A stretch of DNA of 51,476 bases from Candidatus Binatia bacterium (GCA_035512895.1 DATKDB010000123.1:1-51476), one strand, 5' to 3'; positions 39,025-47,691 are shown, counted from the first letter of the stretch. Notes: generated by a model from the letters alone, not told the origin. Program-made: numbers and translations.

Positions 39025-40290
39025 GTGCCGCGTGGCATGATGCCGGCGCCGATGCACAGGTCACCGTATCTCAGTCTGCTCAGGCGCAACCCGGACTTCG
39101 CCCGCCTCTATGGTGCCCAGTTGGCGAGCTTCGCGGGAGACTGGTTCGCCACGGTCGCGCTGCTCGGGATGGCGCTCCAGATGACCGGCTCGGCGGCGCT
39201 CGCCTCCCTCGTGCTCGCGCTGCAGACCGGCGGCTTCGCGGCCGCCTCACCCCTCGCCGGCATGGTCGCCGATCGGGTCGACCGCCGCCGCCTGCTCGTT
39301 GCCGTCGACCTGGCGCGCGTCCCCGTCGCCCTCGCCTTTCTCCTGGCCCGCGATCCGGGGACGCTGTGGATCGCCTTCGGCGCCGTCCTGCTGCTGGCGG
39401 TCGGGGCGGCGTTCTTCGAGCCGACCTCGTCCGCGTCGCTGCCGAACCTCGTGGCGGCGGATGACCTGCCGGTCGCGAACGTGCTCATCGGGTCCGCCTG
39501 GGGGACGATGCTCGCGCTCGGCGCCGCGCTCGGTGGCCTCGTGGCGGTCACCCTCGGCCGCGATGCCGCCTTCGTCATCAACGCGCTCAGCTTCGTGCTC
39601 TCCGCCGTGCTCATCCTCGGCATCCGGCGCCCGCTCCAGCTCGCGCGCGTGCCGGGACCGTCGGCCCCGGCACGGCTGAACGACTCGATCAGCACCGCGG
39701 TCCGCTTCGCCCGCGGGCGCCGGACCGTTGCCTCGTTCCTGCTCACGAAGACGTCGTTCGGCATCGGCACCGGCCTCGTGGCGCTGCTCGCGGTGTTCGG
39801 CCGCAACGTCTTCGGGGCGGGTGATGCCGGGATCGGCATCCTCTTCGCCGCCCGCGGTCTCGGCGCGCTCGTCGGCCCGTTTATCGCCCGCTCGGTCATG
39901 GGAACCGAGGACCGGGACCTGATCCGCGGCATCGGCTGGTCGTTCGTGGCGTTGGCCGTCGCGTACGCCCTCTTCCCGCTGTCGCCGGGGATCGCGGTCG
40001 CGGCGGTCCTCGTCTTCATCGCGCACTGTGGCGGCGGGGCGCAGTGGATGCTCTCGACTTTCGGGCTGCAGCGCGCGACGCCCGACGCGATCCGGGGCCG
40101 CATGTTCAGCGTCGACTACGGGCTCGTGACGCTGGCCATCGCGCTCTCGACGCTCCTGGCGGGCCTGCTGGCCGACCTGTTTCCACCACGGGTGGCGGTG
40201 TGGACGATGGTGGCGCTCGTCGCCGCCGCGGGCACCGCCTGGTTCTGGTTCTCGAGACCCGCGCTGGCGACAGGCCCGGAGGACCGATGA
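39025..40290 (+). CDS. MFS transporter
   Basis: 421 aa with about 12 TM helices. N-terminal LLRRNPDFARLYGAQLASFAGDWF is typical of MFS_3/EntS-like exporters. The start is uncertain: GTG at 39025, or ATG at 39037 or 39052. Confidence 0.8.
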   Translation: MPRGMMPAPMHRSPYLSLLRRNPDFARLYGAQLASFAGDWFATVALLGMALQMTGSAALASLVLALQTGGFAAASPLAGMVADRVDRRRLLVAVDLARVPVALAFLLARDPGTLWIAFGAVLLLAVGAAFFEPTSSASLPNLVAADDLPVANVLIGSAWGTMLALGAALGGLVAVTLGRDAAFVINALSFVLSAVLILGIRRPLQLARVPGPSAPARLNDSISTAVRFARGRRTVASFLLTKTSFGIGTGLVALLAVFGRNVFGAGDAGIGILFAARGLGALVGPFIARSVMGTEDRDLIRGIGWSFVALAVAYALFPLSPGIAVAAVLVFIAHCGGGAQWMLSTFGLQRATPDAIRGRMFSVDYGLVTLAIALSTLLAGLLADLFPPRVAVWTMVALVAAAGTAWFWFSRPALATGPEDR

Positions 40291-41261
40291 CCTCGCGCGT
40301 TCTGCCCTTCCTCGACGCCGATGCGATCCGCGCCGCCGTGCCGATCGCGGACCTGCTCGACGCCGTGGAGTCGGCGTATCGCGACGTCGCCACGGGACGC
40401 GACCGCTCGCCGATACGGACCCGCGTGGCACTGGACGGCGGCGACCTGCTGCTCATGCCGGGCGTGCGGGAAGGTGGGTCGGGAGCGAGCGTCAAGCTCG
40501 TCACGGTCATCCCCGAGAACGCGGGCCGCGGGCTGCCGACGGTGCAGGCGCTCGTCGTGTGGTTCGACGCCCGAACCGGGCGGCCGCTCGCGCTCATCGA
40601 GGGCGAGACGCTCACCGCGATGCGGACCGGCGCGGCATCCGGCGTGGCCACGCGCCTGCTCGCGCGCTCCGACGCCGCGACGCTCGCCGTCATCGGTGCC
40701 GGAGCGCAGGCCGAGTGGCAGGTTCGCGCCGTGCTCGCGGCGCGACGCATCGAGCGGGTGCTCGTGTATGCCCGCTCCGAGGCAAGCCGCGAGGCGTTCG
40801 CGCGGCGCATGGCCGAGGCGACCGGGGTCGAGACGGTCGCCGTTGGCTCGGCCGAGGCCGCCGTCCGCGAGGCGGACGTGCTGTGCTGCGCGACGACCGC
40901 CGTCGAGCCGGTCTTCGACGCGGCCTGGCTGCGCCCCGGCGCGCACGTCAACGGCATCGGCGCCTTCCGGCTCGGCATGGTCGAGCTGCCGGCGGAGCTC
41001 TTCGCGCGGGCGGCCGTCGTGGCGGTCGATGCGCGAAGCGCCGCGATGGCCGAGGCCGGGGACCTCGTGGCGGCGATCGCGGCCGGCTCAGTGTCGGAAG
41101 CGGACCTCGTGGAGATCGGGAGCGTCGAGCGCGCCTGGGCCGGGCAGCGTGACTCCGAGGCGATCACCGTCTTCAAGTCTGTCGGCCTCGCCATCCAGGA
41201 CGTCGCCGCGGCCGAGCTCATCGCCGCCCGCCTGCTCGGAGACGAGCCAGCCGAGGAGTGA
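40287..41261 (+). CDS. Ornithine cyclodeaminase / mu-crystallin family protein
   Basis: ATG at 40287 follows GGAGG and forms an ATGA overlap with the MFS stop. 324 aa. Motifs T..RTGA.S, Rossmann VIGAGAQA and V.GIGA. Confidence 0.85.
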   Translation: MTSRVLPFLDADAIRAAVPIADLLDAVESAYRDVATGRDRSPIRTRVALDGGDLLLMPGVREGGSGASVKLVTVIPENAGRGLPTVQALVVWFDARTGRPLALIEGETLTAMRTGAASGVATRLLARSDAATLAVIGAGAQAEWQVRAVLAARRIERVLVYARSEASREAFARRMAEATGVETVAVGSAEAAVREADVLCCATTAVEPVFDAAWLRPGAHVNGIGAFRLGMVELPAELFARAAVVAVDARSAAMAEAGDLVAAIAAGSVSEADLVEIGSVERAWAGQRDSEAITVFKSVGLAIQDVAAAELIAARLLGDEPAEE

Positions 41262-42350
41262 CGAGCGCTCCACGAGGCTGGCGAGAAGGGTTCGCACGAC
41301 GGCCTGCACGATCGCTCGCCGCATCGGGACGCGATCGGCAATTGGGTCGGTGCCGACCGCCCGCAGCGCGTCGGCGTCAGCCCGGCGCTCGAACGCGACG
41401 ACCCGGTGGGCGTCCGGGAGCGCCGCCGGCATCGGCCGCTCCGGCGCGAGGGCGGCGACGATCTCGACCACGCCGGCAGGCCGGGCGGCGCTCACGATGA
41501 TCGGCTCCGGCTGCGGCGGCGGGGGAGGCGGTGGCGCCGCGAGGCCGGCCTGCCCACCGCCCGGCATCGCCGGCGGCGGCGGAAGGGGCGTCGGGGTGGG
41601 CGTCGCCACGGGGATCCCGCTCTGCGGTGGTGACGGCGGCGGCGAGGGAGCCACGCTCGCGACGGGCGTCGGCGCGGGGGTGGGAGCCGGGGTCGGCGCG
41701 GGGGTCGGTGCCGGCGGGGCCGCCGGCGGTGGCGCCGCGCTGACGACGACGCCGGGATAGTAGATCGCCATGATCTCCGCCGCGCTCCTGCCGTCGAGCC
41801 CGCAGGCCTGGGTGCCCCACTGGAACATCTGCCAGCCGTTCGCTCGAGCGCCGCAGCTCTCGTGCACCTGGCCGGCGTTGTAGTACGTGGCGAAGAGCCG
41901 CCCGTTGCGGTGGGCGAGCGTGGCCCACGTGGCGTCGACGGCGGCGGCCATGCTCGCATACGTCGGCCGGGACGGGTCGTAGTGCTGGTCGCGGGTCGAG
42001 TCGAAGACGTCGAAGCACTGCCCCGCGGCGTTCATGTAGCCGCGCCAGTGGAGCACCTGGTACCAGGCGTAGTTCTTCACCGCCAGCGCGCCGGACCGCA
42101 GCGACTCAGTCGTCCACGAGCTGATCCACTCGCGCGAGAGGACGTTCTTCACGTACGTCCGGAAGTCGACGGTCTCGACCGCGCCGGTCGCCGTGCGGAA
42201 GACGCGGATGGCCGGGGGCGGCGCCGTCTCCGATGCGTACGTGCCGCACTCGCCCGCGGCCGATGCCGGTGGTGGCGCGGCGGGCGACGCGAGGATGGCG
42301 AGCAGGGTGATCGCGGCGAGCACTCCCGCCGCGGAATTTCGTCGGTGCAT
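41088..42350 (-). CDS. Secreted SpoIID/LytB-domain protein with Pro-rich linker and C-terminal extension
   Basis: Signal peptide AITLLAILASPAAPPPASA. SpoIID-like core VDFRTYVKNVLSREW...SLRSGALAVKNYAWY. (PAPT)n linker. The ORF stays open to 41088 and overlaps the convergent OCD gene. The start is ATG at 42350, or alternatively GTG at 42383. Confidence 0.7.
   Translation of the reverse strand: MHRRNSAAGVLAAITLLAILASPAAPPPASAAGECGTYASETAPPPAIRVFRTATGAVETVDFRTYVKNVLSREWISSWTTESLRSGALAVKNYAWYQVLHWRGYMNAAGQCFDVFDSTRDQHYDPSRPTYASMAAAVDATWATLAHRNGRLFATYYNAGQVHESCGARANGWQMFQWGTQACGLDGRSAAEIMAIYYPGVVVSAAPPPAAPPAPTPAPTPAPTPAPTPVASVAPSPPPSPPQSGIPVATPTPTPLPPPPAMPGGGQAGLAAPPPPPPPQPEPIIVSAARPAGVVEIVAALAPERPMPAALPDAHRVVAFERRADADALRAVGTDPIADRVPMRRAIVQAVVRTLLASLVERSSLLGWLVSEQAGGDELGRGDVLDGEADRLEDGDRLGVTLPGPGALDAPDLHEVRFRH
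41664..41724. repeat. Imperfect 12-nt tandem repeats encoding the (PAPT)n linker
   Basis: About five GGGGTCGGCGCG-like units. On the minus strand they encode APTPAPTPAPTPAPTP within the SpoIID-like ORF. Confidence 0.7.
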
Positions 42351-42412
42351 TGGGGCGGCACCGTACCGGGCACCCGACCTCACCGCAGCCCACCGAAAGT
42401 ACCGTCAGGGTC

Positions 42413-43294
42413 TCAGTCCGCCCACCGGTGGATCCGCTCGCGGACCGTGTCGAAGCCGAGCTCCTCGCACAGGGCCAGGAACGTCTCACGCGGCACGCCG
42501 GTCCACTCGAGGTCGTCGAGCACCCGGGTCGCCGTGATGTCCGAGTCGCGGTTCAGCGTCGCGAGCGTCCGGTACAGCACGGCCGACGCGCGCTGCTCGT
42601 CGAGCGTGGCGGCCAGCCGGGTCGCGTTCCGGACCGGCACCTCCCAGTCGAGTGCCGAGCGCGGGATGGCGTCGAGGTGCATCCAGCGCGCGAGGACGGC
42701 CGATGCGCTCTTCGAGCCCCATCCCGGCAGGCCGGGGAAGCCGTCGCTGCTGTCGCCGACGAGCGCGAGGTAGTCGGGGATCGAGCTCGGCGAGACGCCG
42801 AACTTCGCGACGACCCCGGGCTCGTCGTACGTGACGCGGCGCATCCGGTCGCGCAGGACGACCCGCGTTCCGTCGACGAGCTGGGACAGGTCCTTGTCGA
42901 CCGAGCAGATGACGATCTGCTCGACGCGCGGGTCGCCGCCGAACCGTTCGACCGCGGTCGCGATCGCGTCGTCCGCCTCGTCCTCGACCATCGCCCACAC
43001 GGGCATGCCGAGCGCCGCGAGGGCCCGCTCGGCATCGGTGAACTGGGCGAGCAGGTCCGGATCGACCCCGGCGCTCGACTTGTAGCCGGGATACAGGTCG
43101 TTGCGCCAGGACTCGATGACGTGGTCGGTCGCCGCGCCGACGTGCGTCACGTCGGGCTCGCGCAGGAACGACAGCATCGAGTCGACGAGGCCCTGCACGG
43201 CGTTGACCGGCCGGCCGTCGGGAGCCCGGCGCGGTGGGCGGGAGTAGTACGCGCGGAACAGCTCGAAGGTGGCGTCGACGAGGTGGAGCTTCAT
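42413..43294 (-). CDS. 5'-3' exonuclease (FEN / Pol I N-terminal domain family)
   Basis: 293 aa. LVDATFELFRAYY, EADDAIAT, S.DKDLSQLV and the H3TH motif DYLALVGDSSDGFPGLPGWG.K.A. Confidence 0.85.
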   Translation of the reverse strand: MKLHLVDATFELFRAYYSRPPRRAPDGRPVNAVQGLVDSMLSFLREPDVTHVGAATDHVIESWRNDLYPGYKSSAGVDPDLLAQFTDAERALAALGMPVWAMVEDEADDAIATAVERFGGDPRVEQIVICSVDKDLSQLVDGTRVVLRDRMRRVTYDEPGVVAKFGVSPSSIPDYLALVGDSSDGFPGLPGWGSKSASAVLARWMHLDAIPRSALDWEVPVRNATRLAATLDEQRASAVLYRTLATLNRDSDITATRVLDDLEWTGVPRETFLALCEELGFDTVRERIHRWAD

Positions 43295-43322
43295 CGGTGG
43301 CGAGGAGGATACCGGCCGGGGG

Positions 43323-43351
43323 TTGACATCGGGACATCAGCCGCCTATAAA
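43323..43351 (+). promoter_or_regulatory. Sigma-70-type promoter of the arsR-family operon
   Basis: TTGACA (43323-43328), a 17-nt spacer, then TATAAA (43346-43351). It sits in a locally AT-rich patch 36 nt upstream of the ATG at 43387. Confidence 0.65.
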
Positions 43352-43353
43352 TC

Positions 43354-43379
43354 ACTGAACGGTTATATAACTGGACGGT
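43354..43379 (+). promoter_or_regulatory. Candidate operator: direct 10-mers ACTGAACGGT / ACTGGACGGT flanking TATATA, with embedded palindrome GTTATATAAC
   Basis: Read directly from the sequence. It lies immediately downstream of the -10 element, at about the predicted transcription start and early leader of the ArsR-family gene. Confidence 0.45.
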
Positions 43380-43386
43380 AACATTC

Positions 43387-43737
43387 ATGCAGCCCGATGC
43401 CCTCAGCGCAACGTTCGCGGCCCTCGCCGATCCGACCCGGCGCTCGATCCTGGCCCGGCTCGCGGCAGGCGAGGCATCGGTCAAGGAGCTGTCGGAGCCG
43501 TTCCAGGTGAGCCAGCCGGCGATCTCGAAGCATCTTCGGGTGCTGGAGCGCGCCGGGCTGGTCGAGCAGGGTCGCCGGGCACAGTGGCGGCCTCGACGGC
43601 TGCGGGCCATGCCGCTGCGGGAGGTGGCCGCCTGGGTCGGCGAGTACCGCCCGCACTGGGAGGAGCACTTCGAGCGGCTCGACGCCTTCCTCCACGACGT
43701 CCAGAACACCGAGACACACGAGAACGGAGACCGCTGA
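43387..43737 (+). CDS. ArsR/SmtB family transcriptional regulator
   Basis: 116 aa. FAALADPTRRSILARLAAGEASVKELSEPFQVSQPAISKHLRVLERAGLV is the canonical ArsR winged HTH. Confidence 0.9.
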   Translation: MQPDALSATFAALADPTRRSILARLAAGEASVKELSEPFQVSQPAISKHLRVLERAGLVEQGRRAQWRPRRLRAMPLREVAAWVGEYRPHWEEHFERLDAFLHDVQNTETHENGDR

Positions 43738-44243
43738 TGACGACGACGAGGATCGACCGCGGCAGCACCGACACGACGACGATCTACTCCGAAGGCGGCG
43801 ACCTGCACTACGAGCGCACGTTCGACGCGCCCCGCGAGCTCGTCTGGAAGGCGCATACCGAGCCGGGGCTCGTCTCGAAGTGGTGGGGGCCGCTCCGCCA
43901 CCAGACCCGGGTCGAGGAGATGGACCTTCGTCCCGGGGGCAGGTGGCGCTACGTGAGCGTCGACGCCGAGGGCAACGAGTTCGCCTTCTACGGCGAGTAC
44001 CTCGAGATCGTGCCGCCCGAAATGATCCGATGGACCTTCATGTTCGACGTCGAGGGCGTCGGGCCGCAGGGCGGACCCGAGACGCTCACACTCGAGGAGC
44101 GGGACGGCAAGACCGTCATGCGCGCCGTGTCGCACATGGGCTCCGAGCAGGTCATCGACGCGGCGCTCGGCACGGGCATGACCCAGGGTGCCATCGAGAC
44201 CTGGGATCGGCTCGACGCCCTCCTGGCCCAGCTCGGGGACTGA
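43737..44243 (+). CDS. SRPBCC family protein (AHSA1 / activator of Hsp90 ATPase homolog-like)
   Basis: ATG overlaps the ArsR TGA by 1 nt (TGATG). GGAG lies upstream. 168 aa. ERTFDAPRELVWKAHTEP..V.KWWGP and F.G.Y.EI.PPE.I..T motifs. Confidence 0.85.
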   Translation: MTTTRIDRGSTDTTTIYSEGGDLHYERTFDAPRELVWKAHTEPGLVSKWWGPLRHQTRVEEMDLRPGGRWRYVSVDAEGNEFAFYGEYLEIVPPEMIRWTFMFDVEGVGPQGGPETLTLEERDGKTVMRAVSHMGSEQVIDAALGTGMTQGAIETWDRLDALLAQLGD

Positions 44244-44252
44244 GGCCGAGCC

Positions 44253-44627
44253 GTGCCGGCCTCACACGACGAGGTCCTGGCCGCGCTGCCGGCCGACCAG
44301 CGACGGGCGCTCGAGGGGCTCCGTGCCGACATTCGGCGCGCCGCCCCCGAGGCCGTTGAGACGATCTCGTACGGTGCCGCGGCGTTCAAGCTCGACGGGC
44401 GCTCGCTGGTGAGCTACGGGGCGGCGAAGGGGCACTGCTCGCTCTATGTCCAGAACCTGGCGGTCGTGGCCGCTTTCGCGGCCCAGCTGGAGGGCTTCCG
44501 GCTCACGAAGGGATCGGTCCTGTTCACTCCGGAGCGGCCGATCGCGGCGCCGCTCGTCAGGGGCCATCGTCCAGGCCCGCGTGGCCGAGGTGCGGGCCAC
44601 CCAGCGTCGCCGATGATCGCCTGGTAA
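44253..44627 (+). CDS. DUF1801 (YdhG-like) domain protein, probable frameshift near the 3' end
   Basis: 124 aa. ETISYGAAAFKLDGRSLVSYGAAKGHCSLY and TKGSVLFTPERP are DUF1801-like. After the GGGG run at 44560-44563 the given frame turns into low-GC3 junk, while the +1 frame gives the expected AIVQARVAEV... ending at 44616. Confidence 0.75.
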   Translation: MPASHDEVLAALPADQRRALEGLRADIRRAAPEAVETISYGAAAFKLDGRSLVSYGAAKGHCSLYVQNLAVVAAFAAQLEGFRLTKGSVLFTPERPIAAPLVRGHRPGPRGRGAGHPASPMIAW

Positions 44628-44640
44628 GCGGCTGGTAAGC
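44623..44640. repeat. Two tandem heptamers GGTAAGC-GGCT-GGTAAGC (exact reverse complement of 16606-16623)
   Basis: Read directly from the sequence. It overlaps the TAA stop of the DUF1801 ORF and lies in the convergent gap before the mutase gene. Confidence 0.8.
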
Positions 44641-44745
44641 GGCGATGTGCAGGATGTGGCCTAGCGGCGCGGCGACGCGTGCCCTGTGCCGCCGGTCCAC
44701 GGTTCCCGGCCGAGGGCCGGCGGCCGCGCCGCGACGTCGACGCCG

Positions 44746-46491
44746 TCAGACGGCGAGCGGCTCCCGGTACTCGCCGTACACGCCGCGCAGGACGCCACAC
44801 ATCTCACCGATCGTCGCGTACGCCTCGACCGCGGCGACGATGGCGGGCATGAGGTTGACGTCGCCCGCGCGCGCCTCGTCCTCGAGACGGCGCATGGCGG
44901 CCGCGTGGGCCGACGCATCGCGCTCGGTCCTGACCCGGGCCAGCCGGTCGAGGTGCCGGCGCTCCTGGGCCTCGCTGATCTCGAGCAGCGGGATCCTGAG
45001 CTCCTCGTCGGGATCGGCGAACTTCGTGACGCCGACGATCTCGCGCTCGTGCGCCTCGACCTCGCGCTGCTGCTCGTACGCCGCATCCGCGATCTCGGCC
45101 TGCGGGAACCCGGCCTCGAGCGCGCGCACCATGCCGCCCATCTCGTCGATCTGGCGGATGTAGGCCCACGCGCGCTGCTCCGTCTGGTTCGTCAGCGTCT
45201 CGACGAAGTAGGAGCCACCGAGCGGGTCGACCGTGTTCGCCACGCCCGCCTCTTCCGCGAGCACCTGCTGCTGCCGCAGGGCGAGCATGGCGGCGTCCTC
45301 GCTCGGCACGGCCCACGCCTCGTCGTACGCGTCGGTGTGCAGCGACTGCGTGCCGCCGAGGATCCCGGCCAGCGCCTGGACGGCGACCCGGGTCAGGTTG
45401 TTGAGCGGCTGCTGCGCGGTCAGCGAGACGCCGGCCGTCTGCGTGTGGAAGCGCATCCAGGTCGAGCGCTCGTTCTCGGCGCCGAAGCGCTCGCGGCACA
45501 GCTTGTACCAGATCCGCCGCGCGGCGCGGAACTTCGCGATCTCCTCGAAGAAGTCGTTGTGGCTGTTGAAGAAGAAGCTCAGGCGCGGCGCGAAGTCGTC
45601 GAAGCGCATCCCGCGAGCGAGCGCGTCCTCGACGTAGGCGATCCCGTCGGCGATCGTGAAGGCCAGCTCCTGGACGGCGGTCGAGCCTGCCTCCCGGATG
45701 TGGTAGCCGCTGATGCTGATCGTGTTCCAGCGCGGGAGCTCGCGCGTGCCCCACTCGACGGTGTCGGTCACGAGCTTCAGCGAGGGCGCTGGCGGGAAGA
45801 TGTACTCCTTCTGGGCGATGAACTCCTTGAGGATGTCGTTCTGGAGCGTGCCCGACAGCTGGGCACGGGGGACCCCGGCCTTCTCCGCGGCCACGATGTA
45901 CATCGCCCAGATCATCGCCGCGGGCGAGTTGATCGTCATCGACGTGCTGATCTCGCCGACGGGCAGGTCGGCGAGCAGGATCTCCATGTCGGCCAGCGAC
46001 GAGACGGCGACGCCGCAGGTGCCGAACTCGCCCTCGGCCAGGGGCTCGTCGTGGTCGTAGCCGTACAGGGTCGGCATGTCGTACGCGATGCTCAGGCCCG
46101 TGCCGCCGGCGGCGATGAGCTTCTTGAACCGGTCGTTCGTGTCCTCGGCCGTGCCGAAGCCGGCGAACATGCGCATCGTCCAGAGGCGTCCGCGATGACC
46201 GGTCGGATGAATGCCGCGGGTGAAGGGCGGCTCGCCCGGCAGCCCGACGTCCTCGAGCTCGTCCCAGCCGGCCGGCTCGGCGACGGGGGGACTGAACTGG
46301 TAACGCGGACGGTCGAGATCGGGATCGTTCGCGGGGTCGGCCACGTCGGCCGGCGTGTACAGCCGATCGATCTCGACGCCCGACTGGGTGATGAAGCGCG
46401 GCCGACGCTCCGGCCCCGTCTCGAGGGCCGGCTCCAGGCGCTCGCGCCGCCAGCGGTCGGTCCGCTCCCGCCAGCGCTCGGCGTCACTCAT
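44746..46491 (-). CDS. icmA: Acyl-CoA mutase large (substrate-binding) subunit, isobutyryl-CoA mutase-like signature, no B12-binding domain
   Basis: Homologous throughout to the methylmalonyl-CoA mutase TIM-barrel domain. WTMRMFAGF has Phe where MCM has Tyr89. [14 protein letters not shown] has Gln where MCM has Arg207. It ends before any DxHxxG B12 domain. The start is ATG at 46491, or alternatively 46521. Confidence 0.85.
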   Translation of the reverse strand: MSDAERWRERTDRWRRERLEPALETGPERRPRFITQSGVEIDRLYTPADVADPANDPDLDRPRYQFSPPVAEPAGWDELEDVGLPGEPPFTRGIHPTGHRGRLWTMRMFAGFGTAEDTNDRFKKLIAAGGTGLSIAYDMPTLYGYDHDEPLAEGEFGTCGVAVSSLADMEILLADLPVGEISTSMTINSPAAMIWAMYIVAAEKAGVPRAQLSGTLQNDILKEFIAQKEYIFPPAPSLKLVTDTVEWGTRELPRWNTISISGYHIREAGSTAVQELAFTIADGIAYVEDALARGMRFDDFAPRLSFFFNSHNDFFEEIAKFRAARRIWYKLCRERFGAENERSTWMRFHTQTAGVSLTAQQPLNNLTRVAVQALAGILGGTQSLHTDAYDEAWAVPSEDAAMLALRQQQVLAEEAGVANTVDPLGGSYFVETLTNQTEQRAWAYIRQIDEMGGMVRALEAGFPQAEIADAAYEQQREVEAHEREIVGVTKFADPDEELRIPLLEISEAQERRHLDRLARVRTERDASAHAAAMRRLEDEARAGDVNLMPAIVAAVEAYATIGEMCGVLRGVYGEYREPLAV

Positions 46492-46675
46492 GGGTCGCAG
46501 TGTGCCCGCCGGGCCGTGCATGGCGCAACCGGCCGTTGCGTCGCGGGCACGCCAGGTGCATGATCGTCCCTCATGTTTGCACTGCTCCGCCGCTTCGTCG
46601 TGGGCTGGCTGCTCATCCGCCTCTTCCGGCGCGTGACCGGAGGCTCGTCGGCGAACCGCCGCCGCTGAGGCGGAT

Positions 46676-47614
46676 CTACTCGACCCTCGCGGCCTCGCGC
46701 TCCAGGGCGCCGGCTCGCTTCGCCTCGAAGCGAGTGGCCTGGGCGTCGAGATCGACCATGAAGCGCCGCAGCTCCTCGCGACGGGCCTCGGCCGAGGGAT
46801 CGAGGTTCTCGGCTTCGAACACGCCCCAGTACTGGAGCAGCGGCAGGATGACCTCGTCGTGGTGGACGCGCAGGTCGTAGATGCCGGCCTTCGCCATCTG
46901 AGCGGCCTTGCGGGTGAAGTTGACCATCCCCGCGCCGGGCATCTGGAAGTCCGTGATCTCGTCGGCGATGGCGTGGATGGCGGCCGACGGGTCCACCTTC
47001 ATCGCCTCGAAGAGCATGTCGCGGTAGAAGACCATGTGCAGGTTCTCGTCGGACGCGATGCGGGTCATGATCTTGTCCGCCACCGGGTCGGACGAGTAGC
47101 GGCCCGTGTTGCGGTGGCTGATGCGCGTCGCGAGCTCCTGGAAGGCGACGTACGCCAGCCCACGCAGGACGTTGCCGCCGTCGTCGTGGTTGTAGGCGGT
47201 CTGGAGCTGGTTCATCCGGCCGCGCTCGAGCGCGATCGGGTCGATGTTGCGCGTGACGACGAGGTAGTCGCGCAGCACGATCGCGTGGCGGCCCTCCTCT
47301 GCGGTCCATCGGTTCACCCAGTTGATCCACGCCCCGTCGCCGGCGCCGAACATGCGGTGGATCTCGCGGTGGTAGCTCGGCAGGTTGTCCTCCGTCAGGA
47401 GGTTGACCTCGAACGCGATCTGGGCCACGCCGCTGATGCGGGGCTGGTCCGGCGTCCACGGCTCCTTGTCGTAGTCCCGCCCGAGTGAGTACGGAATGTA
47501 GTCGTGCGGGAACCACTCCTTCGCCATCGTCAGGTGGCGGTTGAGGAATCGCTCGGCGGCGGGCTCGAGCTCGCTGAGGATGTCGCGGGGGGGCGAGAAC
47601 GTGGGAACCGTCAT
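46676..47614 (-). CDS. Acyl-ACP desaturase (soluble di-iron desaturase, DesA-like)
   Basis: ATG at 47614 lies 7 nt after GGAG. 312 aa. Di-iron motifs WTAEEGRH and DENLH, with EE..H / E..H spacing. The upstream part of ORF 46676..48163 is off-frame over the GDH gene. Confidence 0.85.
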   Translation of the reverse strand: MTVPTFSPPRDILSELEPAAERFLNRHLTMAKEWFPHDYIPYSLGRDYDKEPWTPDQPRISGVAQIAFEVNLLTEDNLPSYHREIHRMFGAGDGAWINWVNRWTAEEGRHAIVLRDYLVVTRNIDPIALERGRMNQLQTAYNHDDGGNVLRGLAYVAFQELATRISHRNTGRYSSDPVADKIMTRIASDENLHMVFYRDMLFEAMKVDPSAAIHAIADEITDFQMPGAGMVNFTRKAAQMAKAGIYDLRVHHDEVILPLLQYWGVFEAENLDPSAEARREELRRFMVDLDAQATRFEAKRAGALEREAARVE

Positions 47615-47691
47615 CGTGGTGCTCCGGCGTGAAAGGGACGCGGCTGAGCCGTCATCGTCGCATGAATCGCGCCAGCACGTGCTGCAGACCC

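Noticed and set aside
41500-41760. GC-rich short tandem repeats as a possible CRISPR or VNTR locus
   Set aside because: The units are 12 nt, contiguous without spacers, and in frame. They encode the Pro/Ala/Thr linker of the SpoIID-like protein.
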